From a virus (taxonomy: Duplodnaviria > Heunggongvirae > Uroviricota > Caudoviricetes), in the IMG/VR virus record IMGVR_UViG_641522623_000002: 37,589 nt of DNA, one strand, 5' to 3'. This document shows, piece by piece, positions 29,253-37,589 of this stretch. The notes under the pieces are model-generated. The model made no database searches and had not been told where the DNA came from. It saw nothing but the letters and a program-made list of their open reading frames with translations. The position numbers were made by a program, and so were the translations under genes. Each line of letters opens with the position of its first letter. Position 1 is the first letter of the stretch.

Positions 29253-29441
29253 TCAGCTGATGACATCCATTGAGCGGTTGTATTCGTGGCTTCTGATTTT
29301 TGCCATGAGTTCATCTGTCAGTTCAGAAACCCACTGCAAAGCCAGCCCCTTCTCTTCATCACTACACTCACTAGCCGCTACAAGCTTAAGAAAAAAATCA
29401 ATGCGCTGGAGCTTCAAAGACTCCAAAAAATAGTCCTGCAT
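29253..29441 (-). CDS. Small protein, first gene of the SOS-regulated operon (possible Tum-like antirepressor module)
   Basis: 62 aa with a strong AGGAGG ribosome-binding site; LexA box about 45 bp upstream; function inferred from position only. Confidence 0.5.
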   Translation of the reverse strand: MQDYFLESLKLQRIDFFLKLVAASECSDEEKGLALQWVSELTDELMAKIRSHEYNRSMDVIS

Positions 29442-29481
29442 CTTTCCTCCTATGACACCAAAGCAATACTGTATACATAAC

Positions 29482-29501
29482 CACTGTTTATATTTACAGT
29501 A
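29482..29501 (-). promoter_or_regulatory. LexA (SOS) box
   Basis: caCTGTttatatttACAGta fits CTGT-N8-ACAG with an AT-rich spacer, positioned over the promoter of the 29441-29009 operon. Confidence 0.7.
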
Positions 29502-29593
29502 TATAATAATCTTACTGATGTAAAACGTTTTTTTACGTTCATCAGCCTGATATGCCTGGTATTATTAAGAGCACGAATTGTTAACCCGCGTAA

Positions 29594-31966
29594 TTAATAC
29601 AGGTTCCGCCACTTATCATCTTCCCGCAAACGTTGGTTCCGATAGAAGATACGCAGGCCTGCTCCTGACGGAATACTGCCGCCGCGAAGCAGTAAATCGA
29701 CCTCTTTCTCGCTGCCATCAAATCCCCTGGACTTCAGTTCATACACGAGCTGCTGTCGCTGATGATCTGTAATTCGCTGTTTGTAGTCTTTACGCCGTTT
29801 CGGTTTCACCAGGCGTAACCTTGCTGCCAGTTCCCGGCGCTCTTTTTTGTTCATACTGTGCAGGTAATCGTGCAACTCCTTGTCATCCATGCGGGTGATA
29901 TCCGTTCTGGTATCTCCATCAGCTGATTTGTCTTTCGCTTGTTGGTACAAATTTTCAGCAAGGGGACAGTTATTGCCACGAGTCCAAGGGGTGCAAGCGC
30001 CCTGGTCGGCTGCCGCCTCCTGAACATCAACGGCCTTACGAACCATTTTCCACTTCACGGCATGAGTGCAGATCTTGCCCTCTGCAATAGGTGACCAGAT
30101 GCCATAAATACGAATGCCGTGATCGCCATAGGCGGTCGGCTCTTCGTTGATTTCATAAGCGGTTCTGATGAGGTGATATTTGCGGGGAACCAGTACGCCG
30201 CCCTGCTTCATGATGTAGGTGGCAAAACAACCAGCATCAGCAGCAGCCAGGATGGCATCAAGGTGCGGGTTATCCAGTACCGGCGCACCTGCTTTTTTGT
30301 CCCCCTGTTGCCTTGCCGCCTGACCAGCCAGCAATCGCAGTTCACGGTAAGCCTGACGCCCCGGAATGCCAAAGAAGCGGAATTGCTGAACACGATGCAG
30401 AGACGCCCAGGCATTAACGTATTCAGCATTATCACGCAGGGATTTCCCCGTTTCCTTGCTGATCTCGCCAGCCAGACCACGCCCGTCAATGTTCTTACTG
30501 ATGTATTTCGCGATGTAGCTTGTTGGCGTACCTTTGCGCGGGTTAATCAACTCAGACTTAAAGCGCGGCCCAGTGTTATTGCCCAGTTCCTCGCGGTCTT
30601 CACGGATGGCAAACTTACGCAGTAATGCAGTGATGGCGCGGCGGTCTTTTTTGCGCATAAAACACAACAGGTGCCAGTGAACTGTACCGTCATGATGCGG
30701 CTCAGCCACCCGCACGCCATACCACCGCAATCCGGCTTTGTGCATCGCCTTACGAAATGCAGCAAACATGCCGACCAGATAATCACTGCTTTGTCTTACC
30801 GTCGCATTTGTCCAAGTTGGGTTGGGCCTGCCATTATTTAGCGTGGAATGGAAACGTGACGGACAGGTGATGGTGTAGAAAACGGCGCAGTCACCGCGCA
30901 TTTCCGCGATAAGCTCCAGGCCTTTAACACAGGCCATCATCTCATTGCGGCGATGCGCAGGGTTGCTGCTGCTGGCGTTTACCACATCCTCCATGTCCAG
31001 CGTGTCGCCGTCTTCGTTCACCAGTTCATGAGAACGAAAAAACTCCAGCGACTTACGGCGCTGCTCACGTTTATGCATCACGGCTTCATAGCTGACATAG
31101 GGAGATGCTTTTTTGCTGACCAGGCAGACAGCACGCAACTGCTCTTCCCGCCATTCGCAACGCATCTTCCATAATTTCCGGTACCACCAGTCAGCGCACA
31201 ACATACGCGCCAGCGAACCCGGAATGAGTTCATAGGGCACGGGTTTACGGCGGTTTCTTTTCCGGCGGAGTTGCTCAAACGCAGGCGGGATGACATCCAG
31301 ACGTAGGGTTTCCGCTGCCACCTTTTCCCATGTCTTGCGGATTTCTTCTGGCTTAACGTCATCGGTGACATACAAATCGCCACAAGCTGCATCAAGGCAC
31401 ATGCTCATATGCGCAGCTACCAGGGTGGACAGGCGTTTCACCTGATCCTGACTCATTTCAGGCAGGATCAGCAGGCCGTCCAGCCCTTCATGGCTTGCCA
31501 TAAAGCGAAAAGAAGTGGATAGCTGACAGTCGCGTACATGCTCCAGCCGTTCCAGACATGGCTTAATCGTCTCACGCAAATAGCGGGAATAAGCCTTTGG
31601 CCTGCCCAGGCTGCTGAAGTATTCAATACGTTGCATCAGCGGCTTGCTGATATGGGAAGGCTGGGCATTGACGTCCGCCAGAATGACCATATCTGGATTA
31701 AAACGCTGCTGCTCATGCGCCAGCTTTGCCCGACTAATGAGCTTATCCTGCTCCATTTCGCGCTGGACAGGATCACGGGATTCATTAAAGAAATAACGCT
31801 CCCAGACCTGATCACTCAGTGCTTCGCGGCGCAGCTGTTCCTGCTCGTTATCGGCAGCGTACAGAGCGATCAGGTTTGAAAGCGCAGAAACTGAAGATTG
31901 CTCTTCTGTCTCTACGTAAGGATTGATTGCTTTTTTCTCAGCATTCCAGGAATAGCTGTAGTTCAT
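29594..31966 (-). CDS. Replication initiation protein gpA (rolling-circle nickase)
   Basis: Large ORF in the P2 gene A position. Start chosen at the Met whose ATG overlaps the upstream stop (TAATG) and has a GGAG ribosome-binding site; the ORF track extends to 32017. Confidence 0.8.
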   Translation of the reverse strand: MNYSYSWNAEKKAINPYVETEEQSSVSALSNLIALYAADNEQEQLRREALSDQVWERYFFNESRDPVQREMEQDKLISRAKLAHEQQRFNPDMVILADVNAQPSHISKPLMQRIEYFSSLGRPKAYSRYLRETIKPCLERLEHVRDCQLSTSFRFMASHEGLDGLLILPEMSQDQVKRLSTLVAAHMSMCLDAACGDLYVTDDVKPEEIRKTWEKVAAETLRLDVIPPAFEQLRRKRNRRKPVPYELIPGSLARMLCADWWYRKLWKMRCEWREEQLRAVCLVSKKASPYVSYEAVMHKREQRRKSLEFFRSHELVNEDGDTLDMEDVVNASSSNPAHRRNEMMACVKGLELIAEMRGDCAVFYTITCPSRFHSTLNNGRPNPTWTNATVRQSSDYLVGMFAAFRKAMHKAGLRWYGVRVAEPHHDGTVHWHLLCFMRKKDRRAITALLRKFAIREDREELGNNTGPRFKSELINPRKGTPTSYIAKYISKNIDGRGLAGEISKETGKSLRDNAEYVNAWASLHRVQQFRFFGIPGRQAYRELRLLAGQAARQQGDKKAGAPVLDNPHLDAILAAADAGCFATYIMKQGGVLVPRKYHLIRTAYEINEEPTAYGDHGIRIYGIWSPIAEGKICTHAVKWKMVRKAVDVQEAAADQGACTPWTRGNNCPLAENLYQQAKDKSADGDTRTDITRMDDKELHDYLHSMNKKERRELAARLRLVKPKRRKDYKQRITDHQRQQLVYELKSRGFDGSEKEVDLLLRGGSIPSGAGLRIFYRNQRLREDDKWRNLY

Positions 31967-32796
31967 TACGCAATCTCCAGTTCGAGCTGTGAAGGCTGCA
32001 AACCATTCGACAGCCAATCAGAAACTGAAGGTGGGCGAACAGCTTCAATTGCACCTTTTAAAATTGCGCAACGGTTTTTCAGAATGACAGCTTTCAGCTC
32101 CTTTTCCGTCAGATTGCGCGAATATTCAGCCTCCTGAATAGCCCGCGTCAGCTCAGGATATTTGCTATTAAATTTGGGGACATTGCAGGCAAGATTTGTA
32201 CTGTCGGCAGTCGCCAGTGGGTAATTTCCCAACACACGACCGTCAAGCATGCGCAAACCATGAACAGCTGTTTTGAAATTGTGTCGGCAATAAATTGCTT
32301 CAAAAGCGTCCTGCATACGACGATGCCAGTGCGCAGTTCTGATAGCCGCATATTCACCAGACGATCCAAAGCAGACACGAGGCCATTCACGACATAGCTC
32401 GATAAGCCGATCGATTGACTCGTGCAGATGCCAGACGGGAGTTGCCTTCCCGTAGAACATTTTCGGAACTTCGTTTATCAGGGCATCATTGTCACGTTCA
32501 CCTCCGTCCACAACATCAGGAATGACAAAAAAAGCGACCTTAGGATGGTGGTAATAGTTCAGGAGCCATTTATAAAAATCACTCCAGTTAATTTTTAGCC
32601 CACGCACCCATGCAGAAAATGCGCCGTTATCAATGCCGACGACCTGAGCGTGCTGAATGGACGCCGCAATCTGATCTGGTCGTACATAGGAGACGAAAGC
32701 GCCAGCTCCGCTCACCGCAATACGATGAACGTCGCCAGCACTTCCCCAGACAGGCGTCCCATGGAAATGATGAATTCCGTGGTGCATTTCTTTCAC
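31966..32796 (-). CDS. Hypothetical protein, translationally coupled between the Dam methylase and gene A
   Basis: 276 aa; His-rich N-terminus; no family recognised from sequence alone. Confidence 0.6.
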   Translation of the reverse strand: MKEMHHGIHHFHGTPVWGSAGDVHRIAVSGAGAFVSYVRPDQIAASIQHAQVVGIDNGAFSAWVRGLKINWSDFYKWLLNYYHHPKVAFFVIPDVVDGGERDNDALINEVPKMFYGKATPVWHLHESIDRLIELCREWPRVCFGSSGEYAAIRTAHWHRRMQDAFEAIYCRHNFKTAVHGLRMLDGRVLGNYPLATADSTNLACNVPKFNSKYPELTRAIQEAEYSRNLTEKELKAVILKNRCAILKGAIEAVRPPSVSDWLSNGLQPSQLELEIA

Positions 32797-33647
32797 ACTT
32801 GCACCCCGAAAATAACAGTAGAGTCACGTCCCCTACTAAAATCGGCACTAAACCAATTAGCAGATTTAGTGGCAATCATCTCTGTTGCAAATTTTCCCTC
32901 CCCCGCTGCAACGCCGATGCTGCGTTTCGCCCTGATGTAGTGGTGAGTGAAATTACGATAAAGGGACCGGGTCAAAGACGTGTTACTGTTAGAAACAATG
33001 ACCGGATGTCCTTCTGATGACCGATGTTCAAGAATGGATGCCAGGTGATACTGATCATCTTCAGTGAAACCATCAGTGTGATAGCCGGAAAACGTACCGT
33101 CATAAGGCGGATCGCAATACACCACATCCCCCACCTTCAACATCGCCAGCGTTTCATCAAAGCTGGCGCAGATAAACGTTGCCCACTGGGCTTTCTCTGC
33201 AAATGCGCGAATTTCTTTTTCAGGGAAATACGGATTTTTATAATTACCGTAGGGAATGTTGAAATGTCCGCTCTTGTTATAGCGACATAAACCACGGTAA
33301 CCGTGACGATTGAGATACAGGAAATATACCGCTTTCATGAAATCAGTAATTTCAGTGGAGTAATTAAACTCCTGCCTTATGTTGTAATAAGCTACCTCCC
33401 TGTTTGCTTCCTCAAATAAAGCTCTGGCACGAGATATAAACGCCTCACAATCAGCAGCAACCTTTTTATAGAGGTTGATTAAATCAGGATTAATATCCGC
33501 AACAAGATAGCTGGGGTAATCCGTCTCCATCATCACTGCACAGGAACCCGCGAAAGGTTCAACCAGTCGCGGGCCAGCAGGAAGATGCTTTTTCAGTTCG
33601 GACATTATGGCGGTTTTATTTCCTGCCCATTTCAGGATGGTGCTCAT
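32793..33647 (-). CDS. DNA N6-adenine methyltransferase (Dam-like)
   Basis: DPPY catalytic motif ([10 protein letters not shown]) and an AdoMet-binding N-terminus (EPFAGSCAV); start set at [11 protein letters not shown] (ATGA overlap with the upstream gene). Confidence 0.8.
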   Translation of the reverse strand: MSTILKWAGNKTAIMSELKKHLPAGPRLVEPFAGSCAVMMETDYPSYLVADINPDLINLYKKVAADCEAFISRARALFEEANREVAYYNIRQEFNYSTEITDFMKAVYFLYLNRHGYRGLCRYNKSGHFNIPYGNYKNPYFPEKEIRAFAEKAQWATFICASFDETLAMLKVGDVVYCDPPYDGTFSGYHTDGFTEDDQYHLASILEHRSSEGHPVIVSNSNTSLTRSLYRNFTHHYIRAKRSIGVAAGEGKFATEMIATKSANWFSADFSRGRDSTVIFGVQV

Positions 33648-33871
33648 ACAGCACCTCCGTTGTAATGTTTGCCTTTCAGCTCTGCGATTTCCTGACAGGT
33701 AATGCAAAGCTGCACACCCGGAATGGCACGGCGGCGTGCTGGCGGAATTGGCGCTTCACACTCAACGCAAAGCACGCGGGACACGCCCGGCGTTTTGGCA
33801 CGGGCAGCACGGATATGGCGTTGGCGTTCTTCTTCAACGCGCTGCTGTACGAGATCCATTGCATCAGCCAT
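33644..33871 (-). CDS. TraR/DksA-family C4 zinc-finger protein
   Basis: 75 aa with CVEC-x17-CITC. Confidence 0.7.
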   Translation of the reverse strand: MADAMDLVQQRVEEERQRHIRAARAKTPGVSRVLCVECEAPIPPARRRAIPGVQLCITCQEIAELKGKHYNGGAV

Positions 33872-34110
33872 CAGTGGATCTCCTGCGCTTCGTTCTGGAT
33901 TGCTTCAGCAGTCACACGCAGCAGTTCTGCCGCTTCGACGTGGTTTAGCTGGCGGGAGGTGATATGACACGCCAGGCTATCGAGGCGAGCAGCCATTGCT
34001 TCAGCCCTTGCCCGGCGTTCTTCCAGACGAGCCTCTGTCAGTAAAAGATTAAGACCTGCATCATCCGGTCCGGTTTTGGTCGTGAGGGTTTCAATATTAC
34101 GCATAAGCAA
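33871..34110 (-). CDS. Hypothetical early-region protein
   Basis: 79-aa ORF packed tightly in the early operon. Confidence 0.5.
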   Translation of the reverse strand: MLMRNIETLTTKTGPDDAGLNLLLTEARLEERRARAEAMAARLDSLACHITSRQLNHVEAAELLRVTAEAIQNEAQEIH

Positions 34111-34171
34111 TTCTCCTGAATTTAGATAAAGGGATGCCCGGCGGGTTTACGCCATTAATTTCATTAGTTGG

Positions 34172-34513
34172 TTAATTCGGCATGGTTAGCCGTCTGGGAA
34201 ATAAGCTCACCACTGCACGAAAATGATTCATTGCTTTAATCAACTCCCGCTTTTCGTCAGTGGTCAGCTCATTAATGCTGATGCTATGACGTTCAGCTGG
34301 AATTTTTGCCATAAAGAATATGGCAGCCAGTGCCCGTTTATTTTGTTCATTATTGATATCCCGAGGATCACGCATATCTTTAATAAACCGCTCAAGCTCT
34401 GACTCAATATTCAAACCAAAAACTTTCGCCCTTAACTCCGCAATATGATTAAGTCCATTCAGGCGTTCACCGGGTCTTAATGGAACAGTCGCCGCAGCGC
34501 CTTCAATAGCCAT
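34172..34513 (-). CDS. Hypothetical early-region protein (start uncertain)
   Basis: 113-aa ORF; its 5' end overlaps the preceding ORF, so the real start may be an internal Met. Confidence 0.45.
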   Translation of the reverse strand: MAIEGAAATVPLRPGERLNGLNHIAELRAKVFGLNIESELERFIKDMRDPRDINNEQNKRALAAIFFMAKIPAERHSISINELTTDEKRELIKAMNHFRAVVSLFPRRLTMPN

Positions 34514-34707
34514 TTGTTCCCCCGTTTTTTCGTAGATAGTTCTGCCAGCAATTCATCTTGTGAACGGCACGGATGCCAGCGTTTACCATCCTCACCCATG
34601 ATCCAGCCGTGACCGTAGTGCATTGCCGGACTTTGTTTTACCAGCAGCGATGCAAATGATGGTTCGTTCGTCAGCATAAGCACCTCACAGCAAACCGAAT
34701 GAAGCAC
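34477..34707 (-). CDS. Hypothetical early-region protein
   Basis: 76-aa ORF between the CII-like gene and downstream genes. Confidence 0.45.
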   Translation of the reverse strand: MLHSVCCEVLMLTNEPSFASLLVKQSPAMHYGHGWIMGEDGKRWHPCRSQDELLAELSTKKRGNKWLLKALRRLFH

Positions 34708-35200
34708 CGAGGCCAGTCACGGTATCAACTGCACTCGCCATCGCAGGATTAGCCTGTAAACGGGCCTGCAATGAAACAGCAGCCAGCGCCATCAGTCGTG
34801 TAACAGAGTTAATGCTGCTGATCGCATCACGACGGCCTGCACTGGTTTTTACATCGCCAGAAACCGCACCTGCCGCGACACGCCCTATCTCTGCAGTTGC
34901 ACTCATGACGTAATGCGGCAGTTTCTCTTTTGCTACCTCATTAATCGGTACACATGGCAGGCAGTGAATCTGTGCCAGAAAGCCATCTACCAGCGTTGAA
35001 TCTTCAGTCAGATCGGTAAGCAACCAGATTTCTGGTGCGGTTAATAAATGAGGTTGAGCTGGGTTCAGCTTGTTCCGCAGAATCTGCACATTCATGCCTG
35101 CACGTTCTGCCAGTTGCACTAGGTTGTGGCGCAATGCGAATGCACGACAGGCTTCATCAAAATGTGGATGTTTGGAAACTTGGTAATCAAACATGGTCAA
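34685..35200 (-). CDS. Phage 186 CII-like lysogeny-establishment protein (P2 gene-B-position protein)
   Basis: 171 aa immediately after the Apl/Cox-like gene; size and position fit 186 cII; assignment is by synteny and recollection. Confidence 0.5.
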   Translation of the reverse strand: MTMFDYQVSKHPHFDEACRAFALRHNLVQLAERAGMNVQILRNKLNPAQPHLLTAPEIWLLTDLTEDSTLVDGFLAQIHCLPCVPINEVAKEKLPHYVMSATAEIGRVAAGAVSGDVKTSAGRRDAISSINSVTRLMALAAVSLQARLQANPAMASAVDTVTGLGASFGLL

Positions 35201-35226
35201 TGCCTCTGATGTATTTCAGAATCGAA

Positions 35227-35448
35227 CTAATTAAGGTTTAGATTGCATTCTGAAAGCGCATCAACGGTCATGGCTGCTATGTTGATCATCACTTTTTCAC
35301 GTTTTTTATCTTTGCGCAGACGGTGACGGATAAGGCGTCCGTCAGCCAACATGTCATTGATGGTATCGATGGACAGCCCTGTCAGCTCGCTATAGCGTTC
35401 AATAGTCACATGAGGCGTGGTAAGAGTGATTGAAATGTTAGGTCTCAT
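35227..35448 (-). CDS. Apl/Cox-like excisionase and switch regulator
   Basis: 73-aa basic protein, first gene of the early lytic operon, divergent from cI. Confidence 0.6.
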   Translation of the reverse strand: MRPNISITLTTPHVTIERYSELTGLSIDTINDMLADGRLIRHRLRKDKKREKVMINIAAMTVDALSECNLNLN

Positions 35449-35573
35449 GATGCAACATTCCTCGTTTAATGATGATTAATCAGGACGAATACGGATCGTT
35501 TGTATTTTGTGAACACCATAAACATACGATCGCACAGTGAAATCGTCAAGATAAAAGTTCACTTGGAGTGACC
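35449..35573. promoter_or_regulatory. Lysogeny/lysis switch region (pR/pL and operators)
   Basis: 125-bp intergenic region between the divergent apl-like and cI-like genes; contains repeated atcgt/acgat elements. Confidence 0.55.
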
Positions 35574-36143
35574 ATGAATTTGGAGAAAGGCGGACGAGGC
35601 GCTATAGAGCGCATGGTAGAAGCTTATGGATTCAAAACTCGACAGGCGTTGTGCGATCATTTAGGAATCTCTAAAAGTACACTCGCCACACGCTACATGC
35701 GTGACTCATTCCCAGCAGAATGGGTAATCCAGTGCGCCCTTGAAACGGGCACCTCGCTTAATTGGCTCACAACCGGACATGGTTCAAAGCAAACTTCAGG
35801 TAATACAAATACTATGGAAGTTGCTAAATATGTATTATCTGATGGTGCCTTGCGTGAAGACGGTTTTTATATTTTTGATAAGGGATTTCTACCCTCTACG
35901 TTTAAAAAACCTTTTGTCATCACAGATAAAAATTCTGAATTTATTTGTGATAAAGAATTTGATGATATACGTGACGGTAAATGGGTAATAAGTATTGATG
36001 GCGAAATAACAATCCGCGACATTACTCGTTTACCCGGTGGAAGAATCTTCGTTGAAGGTGGAAACAGAGCCTTCGAGTGCAAGATAGAAGATGTTGAAAT
36101 AATTGGGAAAATTATAAGTTTAACAATTAAGTACGTTAGGTAA
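35574..36143 (+). CDS. cI: Immunity repressor CI (phage-186-type, two-domain)
   Basis: 189 aa from the ATG preceded by GGAG (the ORF track begins at a GTG at 35568); N-terminal HTH (ALCDHLGISKSTLATRYMR); size as 186 CI. Confidence 0.7.
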   Translation: MNLEKGGRGAIERMVEAYGFKTRQALCDHLGISKSTLATRYMRDSFPAEWVIQCALETGTSLNWLTTGHGSKQTSGNTNTMEVAKYVLSDGALREDGFYIFDKGFLPSTFKKPFVITDKNSEFICDKEFDDIRDGKWVISIDGEITIRDITRLPGGRIFVEGGNRAFECKIEDVEIIGKIISLTIKYVR

Positions 36144-36158
36144 TACCGGGAGGAAACT

Positions 36159-36350
36159 ATGCTTGGTAAGGTATTTTTTGTGGTTTTATCATGCTCTTTG
36201 TTATTAAACCCACTAACTACCTATGCTAAAAATTATCCTTGTTCTGGGAAAAAGGGAGGTGTCTCTCACTGTACCTCCGATGGAAAGTTCGTTTGCAATG
36301 ATGGAACTATTAGTAAATCAAAAAAAATCTGTACTAAAAACTCGCGATAA
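36159..36350 (+). CDS. Small secreted Cys-rich protein (possible moron)
   Basis: 63 aa; signal peptide ending ...TTYA; mature ~40 aa with 6 Cys; strong GGGAGGA ribosome-binding site; AT-rich; between cI and int. Confidence 0.5.
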   Translation: MLGKVFFVVLSCSLLLNPLTTYAKNYPCSGKKGGVSHCTSDGKFVCNDGTISKSKKICTKNSR

Positions 36351-36536
36351 ATTTTGCTTTTATATCTGCGCCTAATATAACAATGAGCCGCAGGCTAACC
36401 GCAAAAGTCACATACTCACATAGCAAAAAATAGCCAACTTCATTATGGCTTCAGTGAGATGTATGGTCGCAGGATTTCATACATTGACACTGGTTATACA
36501 TACAGTAAAAATGCTCTCTATTGGAGGGCATTTTTT

Positions 36537-37589
36537 ATGGCAGTACGAAAACTCACCACAGGAAAATGGCTTTGCGAATGTTACCCCGCCGGACGTAGTG
36601 GACGCCGTGTGCGTAAACAATTCGCCACCAAAGGCGAAGCTCTGGCTTTTGAGCGTCACACGATGGAAGAAACCGAAGCAAAGCCCTGGCTGGGCGAATC
36701 AGTGGATCGTCGGACATTGAAAGACGTGGTTGAGCTATGGTTCAAACTACATGGTAAATCTCTAACCGCTGGGCAGCATGTCTATGACAAATTGCTGTTG
36801 ATGGTTGATGCTCTGGGCAATCCTCTTGCAACCGATCTCACCTCTAAAATGTTTGCCCACTATCGAGATAAACGCCTGACAGGCGAGATCTACTTCAGCG
36901 AGAAATGGAAGAAAGGAGCAAGCCCGGTCACCATTAACCTGGAGCAAAGCTATCTAAGTAGTGTTTTTAGCGAACTATCCCGTCTGGGCGAATGGTCGTA
37001 TCCGAACCCACTGGAGAACATGCGAAAATTCACCATCGCAGAAAAAGAGATGGCATGGCTTACCCATGAGCAGATTGTTGAATTGCTGGCTGATTGCAAA
37101 CGTCAGGACCCAATTCTGGCACTGGTAGTTAAGATATGCTTAAGCACAGGCGCACGCTGGCGTGAAGCCGTAAATCTTACCCGCTCACAGGTGACCAAAT
37201 ACCGAATTACCTTTGTCAGAACGAAGGGGAAGAAAAACAGAAGCATCCCTATCAGTAAAGAGCTTTACGAAGAGATCATGGCGCTTGATGGGTTCAATTT
37301 CTTCACAGACTGCTATTTTCAATTTTTATCCGTGATGGAAAAAACGTCTATCGTGCTCCCTCGCGGTCAACTGACACACGTTCTGCGCCATACGTTTGCG
37401 GCGCACTTCATGATGTCGGGTGGAAACATTCTGGCCTTACAAAAAATTCTTGGACACCACGATATAAAAATGACTATGCGTTACGCACATCTGGCACCGG
37501 ATCATCTGGAAACGGCGCTCCGTTTCAATCCTCTGGCAACGCTGCCAAATGGCGACAAAGTGGCGGCAGCGGTTGGCATTACCCCGTAA
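36537..37589 (+). CDS. int: Tyrosine integrase (P2/186 type)
   Basis: 350 aa from MAVRKL (GGAGGG ribosome-binding site); LCLSTGARWREA and HVLRHTFA...MRYAHL catalytic-box motifs; stop codon is the last base of the window. Confidence 0.88.
   Translation: MAVRKLTTGKWLCECYPAGRSGRRVRKQFATKGEALAFERHTMEETEAKPWLGESVDRRTLKDVVELWFKLHGKSLTAGQHVYDKLLLMVDALGNPLATDLTSKMFAHYRDKRLTGEIYFSEKWKKGASPVTINLEQSYLSSVFSELSRLGEWSYPNPLENMRKFTIAEKEMAWLTHEQIVELLADCKRQDPILALVVKICLSTGARWREAVNLTRSQVTKYRITFVRTKGKKNRSIPISKELYEEIMALDGFNFFTDCYFQFLSVMEKTSIVLPRGQLTHVLRHTFAAHFMMSGGNILALQKILGHHDIKMTMRYAHLAPDHLETALRFNPLATLPNGDKVAAAVGITP

Larger units (their letters stand above)
2780..37589. mobile_element. P2-family (186-like) prophage, nearly complete; attR-side boundary approximate, attL beyond the window end
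   Basis: Contiguous P2-order gene set (ogr, D, U, T, E, FII, FI, H, I, J, W, V, S, R, lysis, X, L, M, N, O, P, Q, cos, A, cI, int) immediately after the host gene ybjL; integrase stop codon is the last base of the window. Confidence 0.85.

Noticed and set aside
28976-29480. Plus-strand ORFs of 94 and 64 aa
   Set aside because: Antisense to the DinI-like and Tum-like genes, which have ribosome-binding sites and a LexA-regulated promoter.
30119-30625. 168-aa plus-strand ORF (and others at 30953-31879)
   Set aside because: Lie inside replication gene A on the opposite strand.
32610-33017. 135-aa plus-strand ORF
   Set aside because: Antisense across the Dam / 276-aa gene junction; the minus-strand genes are translationally coupled and carry recognisable motifs.
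1-37589. CRISPR arrays, rRNA or tRNA genes
   Set aside because: No regularly spaced direct repeats and no cloverleaf or rRNA-like conserved stretches were seen; the prophage junction at 2621-2855 shows no tRNA-like sequence.

Overview
The window holds a short stretch of E. coli-type chromosome (grxA, ybjM, ybjL; 1..2620) followed by an almost complete P2-family prophage, apparently phage-186-like, running from just past ybjL (~2.8 kb) to the window end. Working only from the sequence and the supplied ORF track, the prophage reads in order: late activator (Ogr/B-type zinc finger), tail genes D-U-T-E/E'-FII-FI, a Gin/Cin/Pin-type DNA invertase with an invertible tail-fibre segment (H constant part plus two alternative C-termini and chaperones), baseplate I-J-W-V, tail completion S-R, a lysis cassette (spanins, SAR-type endolysin, 71-aa holin), head genes X-L-M-N-O, terminase P and portal Q, a cos-like site, a LexA-box-controlled Tum/DinI-like operon, replication gene A, a Dam methylase with partners, a CII/Apl/CI lysogeny switch, and a P2-type tyrosine integrase. 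Three visibly AT-rich cargo islands interrupt this conserved backbone and are the most interesting content. The first is a single 503-aa P-loop NTPase between V and S. The second is a translationally coupled three-gene operon (HNH-motif protein, 219-aa unknown, minimal nucleotidyltransferase) between Q and cos, which is a candidate uncharacterised anti-phage or toxin-antitoxin module. The third is a lipoprotein gene on the other side of cos. A small secreted Cys-rich ORF lies between cI and int. No rRNA, tRNA or CRISPR array was recognised. All homology statements rest on recalled family features and motifs read in the translations, not on database searches.
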